A DNA stretch of 60,591 bases from Rickettsiales bacterium (GTDB lineage Bacteria; Pseudomonadota; Alphaproteobacteria; Rickettsiales; UBA1997), in NCBI GenBank assembly GCA_044360285.1, contig JBIKKP010000003.1, forward strand, positions 1 to 60,591, read 5' to 3'. Below are positions 39,421 to 46,958 of this stretch, piece by piece (the stretch's first letter is position 1; every line of letters starts with the position of its first letter). The position numbers and the translations under genes are program-made. Below the pieces are notes generated by a model. That model saw only the letters and a program-made list of their open reading frames with translations, did no database searches and was not told where the DNA came from.

Positions 39421-40560
39421 ATGAAACACGTCGAAGTCACACCACAGCTGGTTAAAGAGCATAATCTAACCGAAAGCGAATATCAAAAAATTCTCGAAAT
39501 TTTGGGCCGCGTTCCAACCATCACTGAGCTTGGAATTTTTTCAGCAATGTGGTCGGAACACTGTTCTTACAAATCTACGAAGAAGTGGCTTAAAACCATG
39601 CACACTCAAGCTCCGTGGGTTATTTGCGGACCTGGAGAAAACGCTGGTGTAATTGATATTGGCGACGGGCAGGCGGCGATTTTTAAAATGGAAAGCCACA
39701 ATCACCCATCTTTCATCGAGCCATATCAAGGCGCTGCAACGGGAGTTGGCGGAATTTTGCGCGACGTTTTCACGATGGGCGCGCGGCCAGTTGCAAATTT
39801 AAACGCACTTCGTTTTGGCGATATTAACCATCCAAAAACTAAACAATTGGTGAATGGCGTGGTTTCTGGAATTGGCGGCTATGGCAATTGCGTGGGCGTT
39901 CCAACAGTTGGTGGTGAAGTGACTTTCGATAAAAGTTACAACGGTAATATCATCGTCAACGCAATGACCGTGGGCATCGCCGACACTGATAAAATTTTCT
40001 ATTCTGCCGCATCGCAAATTGGCGCTTCAGTAGTTTACGTTGGTTCAAAAACCGGCCGCGACGGCATTAACGGCGCGGTGATGGCGTCTGACGAATTTAA
40101 GGAAGGTGACGAAGATAAGCGCCCGACCGTGCAAGTTGGCGATCCATTCGCTGAAAAATTATTGCTTGAAGCTTGCATGGAATTGATGCAATCGGACTGC
40201 ATTTTATCGATTCAAGATATGGGCGCGGCTGGCTTGACTTCGTCGTCATTTGAAATGTCGGGAAAAGGTGGAACGGGAATTGAGCTGAATTTGGAAAAAG
40301 TTCCGCAGCGTGAAACTGGGATGGTGCCTTACGAAATCATGCTTTCCGAAAGTCAGGAAAGAATGTTGATGATCATCAAACCAGAGCGCGAGGACTTCGC
40401 CAAAAAGATTTTCGAAAAATGGGGCCTCGATTTTGCGGTGATTGGCGTGGTGACTGACACCGGCCGTGTGGTGATTAAAATGAATGGTGAGATTTACGCG
40501 GATATTCCGTCAGCTCCACTGTCAGAACAGGCGCCGGAATATGATCGGCCTTGGATATAA
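39421..40560 (+). CDS. purL: Phosphoribosylformylglycinamidine synthase PurL, N-terminal half
   Basis: [35 protein letters not shown] and LSESQERM motifs; ends APEYDRPWI-stop. Confidence 0.95.
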   Translation: MKHVEVTPQLVKEHNLTESEYQKILEILGRVPTITELGIFSAMWSEHCSYKSTKKWLKTMHTQAPWVICGPGENAGVIDIGDGQAAIFKMESHNHPSFIEPYQGAATGVGGILRDVFTMGARPVANLNALRFGDINHPKTKQLVNGVVSGIGGYGNCVGVPTVGGEVTFDKSYNGNIIVNAMTVGIADTDKIFYSAASQIGASVVYVGSKTGRDGINGAVMASDEFKEGDEDKRPTVQVGDPFAEKLLLEACMELMQSDCILSIQDMGAAGLTSSSFEMSGKGGTGIELNLEKVPQRETGMVPYEIMLSESQERMLMIIKPEREDFAKKIFEKWGLDFAVIGVVTDTGRVVIKMNGEIYADIPSAPLSEQAPEYDRPWI

Positions 40561-40585
40561 AAACTTTTGAACAAAGAAAAGTATC

Positions 40586-40876
40586 ATGAACCTAGCTCAA
40601 ATAAAGACTCAATATAGCGGCCCAATTGCTGAAATTGCCAAGCGTAGAAAAATCGGAAATATTCGAATTTTTGGTTCTGTGGCGCGCGGTGAAGAAAGTG
40701 AAAAAAGCGATATAGATTTTTTGGTTCATCTGCTTCCAGGTGCTAATTTATTGGATCTATCTGGTTTTAATCTTGATTTGGCAGAATTGCTAAAATGCCG
40801 GGTTGATGTGGTGTCTGATAACTCAATTCACTGGTCAATAAAAGATAAAATTATTGCGGAGGCTGTGAGTTTGTAA
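40586..40876 (+). CDS. Minimal nucleotidyltransferase, MntA-type antitoxin
   Basis: FGSVARGEESEKSDIDFLV (GSX10DXD motif); 96 aa. Confidence 0.9.
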   Translation: MNLAQIKTQYSGPIAEIAKRRKIGNIRIFGSVARGEESEKSDIDFLVHLLPGANLLDLSGFNLDLAELLKCRVDVVSDNSIHWSIKDKIIAEAVSL

Positions 40877-41208
40877 TGAAAGACAGGCTATACGTTATTC
40901 ACATCATCGAATGCATCGATCATATAAATTCCTATGTCGTTGATGGTTTTGAATCATTTAAAAATGATCACAAAACCTATGATGCCGTACTTCGGCAATT
41001 GCAGATTATGTCAGAATCAACCAAGCGATTGAGCGAAGAAATTAAGAAAAAAAATAACCAAATAGCTTGGCGTGAAATTGCCGGTTTTCGCAATATTTTG
41101 GTTCATGATTATTTGGGTGACATAGATGCGCAGATAGTGTGGGCGATCATCACCGATGAATTGCCAAAGCTAAAAGTCGCGATGCAAGAAGAGTTAAAAA
41201 TTCTGTAG
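40876..41208 (+). CDS. HepT/DUF86 HEPN ribonuclease toxin
   Basis: WREIAGFRNILVHDY (RX4H followed by DY); TAATG coupling to the MNT gene. Confidence 0.9.
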   Translation: MKDRLYVIHIIECIDHINSYVVDGFESFKNDHKTYDAVLRQLQIMSESTKRLSEEIKKKNNQIAWREIAGFRNILVHDYLGDIDAQIVWAIITDELPKLKVAMQEELKIL

Positions 41209-41215
41209 AGAAAGC

Positions 41216-42613
41216 ATGGTTTTTAGCTCAAACATTTTCCTCTTCGCTTTTTTACCGATTTGTCTAGCGCTTTATTTTGCGCATAGCGGCAAGGTTTATC
41301 GAAACGCAATTTTGCTTTGCGCCAGCCTGATTTTTTATGCCTGGGGCGAGCTGCAATATCTGTGGCTGCTGCTTTTGTCGATTCTTGGAAATTATTTTTT
41401 CGGGCTCGCGATTGCGAAGTTTTCTAGGAAAAATCTGACGATATTTGTTGCTGTAGCTTTCAACCTAGCGCTTCTGTGCTACTTCAAATACGCAAATTTT
41501 TTGATCGAAAATTTGAATGAAATTTTCGGTTCAAAAATTTCCAACGAAAAAATACGTCTGCCAATTGGCATATCGTTTTTCACCTTCCACGCGATTTCTT
41601 ATCTGATTGATATTTATCGCAAAAAATGCGCACCGCAGAAAAATTTATTCAGCCTTGCGCTCTACATTGCCTTCTTTCCGCAGCTTATTGCTGGACCAAT
41701 TGTTCGCTACAATTTCATCGAAAAATATCTAAACAAACGCCGCCACAGTTGGAATTTTGCCGCGCATGGAATTCGTCGTTTCATCATTGGTCTTGGTAAA
41801 AAAATCATCATTGCCAATCCACTTGGCGAAATCGCCGATGCAATTTTTGCTTCGCAGCTAAGCGAGATAAATCAAGGCTTGGCCTGGGTTGGTATCATTT
41901 TCTACAGCTTGCAAATTTATTTTGATTTCTCTGGTTATTGCGACATGGCGATAGGTCTGGCGCGCATTTGCGGCTTTCGTTTTCCAGAAAATTTCAACTA
42001 TCCTTATATTTCGCGCTCAATTAAAGAATTTTGGCGCAGATGGCACATGTCACTTTCTGCTTGGTTTCGCGATTATGTTTACATTCCTTTGGGTGGAAAT
42101 CGTGTATCGTTTGGGCGGCAATATCTCAACTTAGTTTTGGTGTTTTTCTTGTGCGGACTTTGGCATGGCGCAAGCTGGAATTTTGTGGTCTGGGGGCTGT
42201 TTCACGGAACGTTTTTGGTCTTTGAGCGAATCGTAAAAATTGAAGAAATTTTGCCAAAAATTGTGCAACATTTTTACGCAATTTTAATCGTAATTATTGG
42301 TTGGGTATTTTTTAGAAGCGTTGATTTGAGCTATGCGCTGGGCTTTTTAAAAATTATGTTTTTAGGCGCTGATGCAGCGATTTTAGTAACAAGTCAGATT
42401 TCTCGTTTGCTCAATTCGCATTTTGCGTGGATGAGTTTTGCCTTAGCGCTGCTTGGCTTCTCGCCTTTGTTCAAAAATTTTTCGCGCCACTTGATTCGCA
42501 AAAATAAAAATTTTGGCACGGCAATTGACGTGTTTTTAGTGGCGATTTTATTGCTTTCGGTAATTCGAATTTCAGCGGCCACACATAATCCGTTCATTTA
42601 TTTTCAATTCTAA
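41216..42613 (+). CDS. MBOAT O-acyltransferase (AlgI/PatA-like)
   Basis: MVFSS, LPIGISFFTF, FFPQLIAGPIVR, QIYFDFSGYCDMAIG, FWRRWH.SLS, GLWHGA and FIYFQF motifs. Confidence 0.93.
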   Translation: MVFSSNIFLFAFLPICLALYFAHSGKVYRNAILLCASLIFYAWGELQYLWLLLLSILGNYFFGLAIAKFSRKNLTIFVAVAFNLALLCYFKYANFLIENLNEIFGSKISNEKIRLPIGISFFTFHAISYLIDIYRKKCAPQKNLFSLALYIAFFPQLIAGPIVRYNFIEKYLNKRRHSWNFAAHGIRRFIIGLGKKIIIANPLGEIADAIFASQLSEINQGLAWVGIIFYSLQIYFDFSGYCDMAIGLARICGFRFPENFNYPYISRSIKEFWRRWHMSLSAWFRDYVYIPLGGNRVSFGRQYLNLVLVFFLCGLWHGASWNFVVWGLFHGTFLVFERIVKIEEILPKIVQHFYAILIVIIGWVFFRSVDLSYALGFLKIMFLGADAAILVTSQISRLLNSHFAWMSFALALLGFSPLFKNFSRHLIRKNKNFGTAIDVFLVAILLLSVIRISAATHNPFIYFQF

Positions 42614-42615
42614 AA

Positions 42616-43710
42616 ATGCGTCGGAATTTTTTTATCATCGCTGCTTTCGCCTTGATCCTAGCGCTTCCGGCCCTTGATGGAATTTTTCATTTTTCGCCGG
42701 TGAAGGATCTTTTTGAGAAAAGGTTGCCGGTAGAAAAACCAAGCTTACCGCAAAATTTTTCGCAGGCTTTGGAATATCCTAAAAATTTCGAAAAATTTTT
42801 TGATGATAATTATGGCTTTCGCAAAACTTTCGTTTCGCTGAATTCAAAAATTATGGACAAGGTTTTTGACGAATCGCCCGATGCCAGAGCGGTGGTTGGC
42901 AAGGATGGTTGGTTTTATTTTGACAACCACAATTCCTTGCTCGACGCGGTTGGAAAGGCAACGCTTTCTGATGAATTGGTTGAGCGCGGTGTTGAAGTTT
43001 TTGCCAAAAATTGGCAAGAAATGCGCGCGAAGAATATCGATTATTTGTTAGTGATTGCTGCCGATAAAACGACGATTTACCCAGAATTTTTGCCCACTTA
43101 TTTGCAAGCTGCACCGCCGCATCGAATCGATAAATTTTTAGATGCGCTGAAGAAAAAATATCCAGATTTTCCAGTAATTGATCTACGCCCAATTTTGTTG
43201 GCGGCAAAGAAAAATGAAATTCTTTATCACCAAACAGACACGCACTGGAACAGGCGTGGTGCTCATTACGCCTATGTTGAAATTGCTAAAAAACTTGGCA
43301 TAAAGCCGAATTTACGTAGCAAGTTTGAAGACAAAGAAGACGGTTTTTTCCGCGGTGATATTTCTGACATTATGGGTGTTGAAACGCAAAATGTTGATTA
43401 CGATTTGTTGGAAAAATTTCCAATCAAAATTGTTAATCTTGAAACAACTCCTGAAGAAAAATCGCGTTTTCACAAGCCGATGTTTTTTCAAAATAGTGAT
43501 AAAAATTTACCGGTAATTTTTGTTTACAAAGACTCTTACTTCGGCAATTTGCTGAAATTCATCTCGACGCATTTTTCGCGTAGTTACTATGTCAACGAAT
43601 TCCCGTGCAACCTGACTTACCAAAGATTTGCTAACTACAAGCCAAACGTAGTCATTCAGGAATTTTGGGAAGGGCGTATTGAGGTTGTGCTCAATAGCTG
43701 TAAAAATTAA
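42616..43710 (+). CDS. AlgJ/AlgX-like SGNH O-acetyltransferase
   Basis: N-terminal anchor, EKR, DDNYGFR, GKDGWFY, K..IYPE, TDTHWN and DSY motifs. Confidence 0.85.
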   Translation: MRRNFFIIAAFALILALPALDGIFHFSPVKDLFEKRLPVEKPSLPQNFSQALEYPKNFEKFFDDNYGFRKTFVSLNSKIMDKVFDESPDARAVVGKDGWFYFDNHNSLLDAVGKATLSDELVERGVEVFAKNWQEMRAKNIDYLLVIAADKTTIYPEFLPTYLQAAPPHRIDKFLDALKKKYPDFPVIDLRPILLAAKKNEILYHQTDTHWNRRGAHYAYVEIAKKLGIKPNLRSKFEDKEDGFFRGDISDIMGVETQNVDYDLLEKFPIKIVNLETTPEEKSRFHKPMFFQNSDKNLPVIFVYKDSYFGNLLKFISTHFSRSYYVNEFPCNLTYQRFANYKPNVVIQEFWEGRIEVVLNSCKN

Positions 43711-43722
43711 ACCTAATAAAAC

Positions 43723-44736
43723 ATGTCGTTAAATCATCTTTCGTCACTAATTCAAACGCCAAATCTTGCTTCGAAAAAATGGGTTTATGAGCAGTATGAT
43801 TCGCAGGTAATGAATGACACTTTACAAACCGGCGGCGATGCATCACTTGTGCGAGTGCACGGAACTAACAAAGCGCTGGCAATGTCGGTTGATTGCACGC
43901 CGCGTTATGTTGAGGCTGACCCATTTGAAGGCGCTAAACAAGCGGTTGCAGAGACTTACCGAAACATTTGTGCAGTTGGCGCAACGCCGCTTGCAATCAC
44001 TAATTGCCTGAATTTTGGCAATCCACAAAAGCCCGAAATCATGGGCCAAATTGTGCGTGCAATTAAAGGAATTACTGAAGCCTCAAAGGTTTTGGATTAT
44101 CCAGTGATCTCTGGAAACGTGTCGCTTTACAACGAAACTGATGGTCGTGCAATTCAACCAACTCCAGCAATTGGTGGGGTTGGGTTGCTCAAAGATTTAA
44201 GCAAGAGATGTAATACTAAACTCAAAAAAATTGGTGATGAAATTTTTATGATTGGTGAAGCGCGCGGTCATTTAAATTGCTCGCTGTTTGAGGCGGAAAT
44301 TCAAAAAATTGACAGCAAAAAGAATCCACCAGCAGTTGATTTAGCGCAGGAAAAGAAGCATGGTGAATTTGTTCGTGGATTGATTGCAACATCTTGCATC
44401 AACGCTTGTCACGATATTTCTGATGGCGGAATGCTTACCTGCCTATTTGAAATGTGTGGCAAAGAAATTGGCGCAGAGCTTGATATTACTGAGTTAAAGG
44501 CCTTAGCAAAAATTTCTGATGAACAAATTTTCTTTGGCGAAGAGCAGGGTCGATATTTGGTGAGTCTTGATGCAAGCAAGGTTGCCGAGTTTTTAGAGCT
44601 GGCGAAAAAAGAACAAATTTTTGTAGCAAAAATTGGTAAAACGATTGCCAAAAAAATTAAAATCGCCGCAGAAGAAATTGCCGTTGAGTCGCTGATTGCA
44701 GTGAACCAAGCCCTTTTTGAAAAAAAATTTAGCTAG
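43723..44736 (+). CDS. purL: Phosphoribosylformylglycinamidine synthase PurL, C-terminal half
   Basis: SKKWVYEQYD, TNCLNFGNP, SGNVSLYNET, PTPAIGGVG and HDISDGG motifs. Confidence 0.95.
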   Translation: MSLNHLSSLIQTPNLASKKWVYEQYDSQVMNDTLQTGGDASLVRVHGTNKALAMSVDCTPRYVEADPFEGAKQAVAETYRNICAVGATPLAITNCLNFGNPQKPEIMGQIVRAIKGITEASKVLDYPVISGNVSLYNETDGRAIQPTPAIGGVGLLKDLSKRCNTKLKKIGDEIFMIGEARGHLNCSLFEAEIQKIDSKKNPPAVDLAQEKKHGEFVRGLIATSCINACHDISDGGMLTCLFEMCGKEIGAELDITELKALAKISDEQIFFGEEQGRYLVSLDASKVAEFLELAKKEQIFVAKIGKTIAKKIKIAAEEIAVESLIAVNQALFEKKFS

Positions 44737-44742
44737 GCATTC

Positions 44743-46914
44743 ATGGCAACAAAAACTTTTCGATACGCTGCGATAGCTTTACAGGTTCTAGAAAAAATCC
44801 TTGGTTCAAAATTTTCTGTCACCGGCATTGAAAAGCTTCCGCGGCAGCCAATCATGTTTGTTGCCAATCACTTCACCCGCGCTGAAACTTTTTTCGTTCC
44901 TTATCTAATTTTTAAAAATACTGGCCGCCAAGTCAGATGTTTAGCTGATGCCAGCCTTTATCACGGCGGACTTGGAAAGTTTTTGGAATCTGCTGGCACA
45001 ATTTCTACACGTCACAAAAATCGCGACAACATCATTTTATCTGACCTAATCACCGGCCAATATGATTGGATGATTTATCCCGAAGGCAGCATGCTTAAAA
45101 GTAAAGAAGTAAGCAACGAACGTGGTTTTGTAAATTTTACACCAGGTCGCGTTGGACCTGTGCGCACAGGCTCTGCGGTTTTGGCGCTGAAGTCACAACT
45201 TTATCGTGGTGATATTGTTGAGGCGTTTGACAAAGAAGATACTGCTGTTTTGAAAAGTTTTGAAAATGAGTTTGGTGTTTCTTACCAGAATTATTTTCGT
45301 GATATCGCAACGCAGATTGTGCCGTTAAACATCACTTACTACCCACTGCGGCCCGGTGAAAATAATATCCAAAAATTGGCGCAACGCTTCATAAAAAAAA
45401 TGCCGCGCCAACTTTCAGAAGAGTTGGAAATTGAAGGAAATTTGTTGCTTGGCGCAGAAATTAATTTGCATTTCGGTGATCCAATTGACCTGGCGCAATA
45501 TGTCAAAAAGCAGCGCGCCATGGTTTATCAAATTCCCATCATCAAGTACGAGACCAAGGTGAACCTGCTTCTGCGCTATTTGAAATCGCGTCTAACTAAT
45601 GAATTCATGGAAAAAATTTACTTCGATATGCAGGTGAATTTCGACCATATTTTTGCTGCGGCACTGAAAAGTTTTGTTGAAAATGAAGTGTCAATTTCTC
45701 GCTTAAAAAGAGTAATTTATCTTTCTGGCGTAAGTATTGCCCAGCAAGGAAAATACAGGACTCATCCCAGCATTTATGAAGATAATTTGGTGAAGATTTT
45801 TAATGATGAAGCGCATGCAGAATTTGACAGCGTTTTTGATTTGGCTAAAAAACAAAATCTGATTAAGCAAATTTCCAATGAAGAAATTTCTATCAACAAA
45901 GACGCTTTTGAAAAAAGATACGATTTCCACGAAATCAGGCGCGAGAACAGTTTGCAGGTGATTGTTAACGAATTCACTTTGCTTGAAGTTGCAAATGATA
46001 TCGTCAAAAGAAATGCAAAAACTTCTGACGAAACTTTGTGCAAAAAAGTTTTTAAGCACATTTACAACAAAGATTTAGAAAAATTTTCTAGCGATTATGA
46101 GATTTTTTTCGACAAAAAATTTTCTAAAGAAAAATCGGTTGGAAGTCCGTTCTTCCTCGATGTATTGCAGGAAAAAAATCCACAAAAAATCGGCATCTTA
46201 ATTTCTCACGGCTACAAAGCAGCGCCAAAAGAAATTGAAGCGCTGGCAAGATATTTGAATGATTTGGGTTTTGTGGTCTATGCAACAAGACTACGTGGAC
46301 ATGGCACGGCGCCACATGATTTGCGTGACACTACGTGGCAAGATTGGTATGAAAGTATGCAGCGTGGCTATAGTGCGCTTCGCAACATTTGTTCAAAAAT
46401 TATCATTGTGGGATTTTCAACCGGCGGGCTTTTAGCTTTGCTTTCTGGCGCAAGAAAAAATGGAAAAAATCTTGAAGCAATCGTCTCAATTAATGCAGCG
46501 CTGAAACTTGTTGATATAAAGGCTAGCATGGTTCCAGGCATTAATATGTGGAACGAAATGTTGGAAAAATTCCGCATTGAAAAAGGCCGTTTTGAATATG
46601 TTGATGACAAGCCAGAAAATCCTCAAATCAACTACAGCCGCAATTACATTCGTTCGGTAAATCAGTTAGAAAAATTGATGGATATTTGCGCAACTAACCT
46701 GAAAAAAATTTCACAAAAAACCTTATTGATCCAGGCAAATCAAGACCCGGTGGTTAATCCAGAAAGTGCAAAAATTATTCATGAAAAAATTTCAGCGAAA
46801 GAAAAATTCTTAGTTGAGATGGATTTCTCTAATCACTGCATTGTCAATGGACCAAGGAAAGAAGAGGTTTTTGTGGTGATCAAAGATTTCTTCTCGAAGT
46901 TAAAAATATTGTAA
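44743..46914 (+). CDS. Fused PlsC-like acyltransferase + C-terminal alpha/beta hydrolase (esterase)
   Basis: N-terminal FVANHFTRAET and IYPEG. C-terminal SHGY, RLRGHG, GFSTGG, DPVV and H. Confidence 0.8.
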   Translation: MATKTFRYAAIALQVLEKILGSKFSVTGIEKLPRQPIMFVANHFTRAETFFVPYLIFKNTGRQVRCLADASLYHGGLGKFLESAGTISTRHKNRDNIILSDLITGQYDWMIYPEGSMLKSKEVSNERGFVNFTPGRVGPVRTGSAVLALKSQLYRGDIVEAFDKEDTAVLKSFENEFGVSYQNYFRDIATQIVPLNITYYPLRPGENNIQKLAQRFIKKMPRQLSEELEIEGNLLLGAEINLHFGDPIDLAQYVKKQRAMVYQIPIIKYETKVNLLLRYLKSRLTNEFMEKIYFDMQVNFDHIFAAALKSFVENEVSISRLKRVIYLSGVSIAQQGKYRTHPSIYEDNLVKIFNDEAHAEFDSVFDLAKKQNLIKQISNEEISINKDAFEKRYDFHEIRRENSLQVIVNEFTLLEVANDIVKRNAKTSDETLCKKVFKHIYNKDLEKFSSDYEIFFDKKFSKEKSVGSPFFLDVLQEKNPQKIGILISHGYKAAPKEIEALARYLNDLGFVVYATRLRGHGTAPHDLRDTTWQDWYESMQRGYSALRNICSKIIIVGFSTGGLLALLSGARKNGKNLEAIVSINAALKLVDIKASMVPGINMWNEMLEKFRIEKGRFEYVDDKPENPQINYSRNYIRSVNQLEKLMDICATNLKKISQKTLLIQANQDPVVNPESAKIIHEKISAKEKFLVEMDFSNHCIVNGPRKEEVFVVIKDFFSKLKIL

Positions 46915-46958
46915 TTTACGTTTGCTGAACTTCGAAATTTTTTAAAATTTTTCCTCAA

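Noticed and set aside
40561-43722. Intron, intein or integrative element interrupting purL
   Set aside because: There is no reverse transcriptase, homing nuclease, integrase or transposase, and no att-like direct repeats are visible. The N-half has a stop and the C-half its own ATG.
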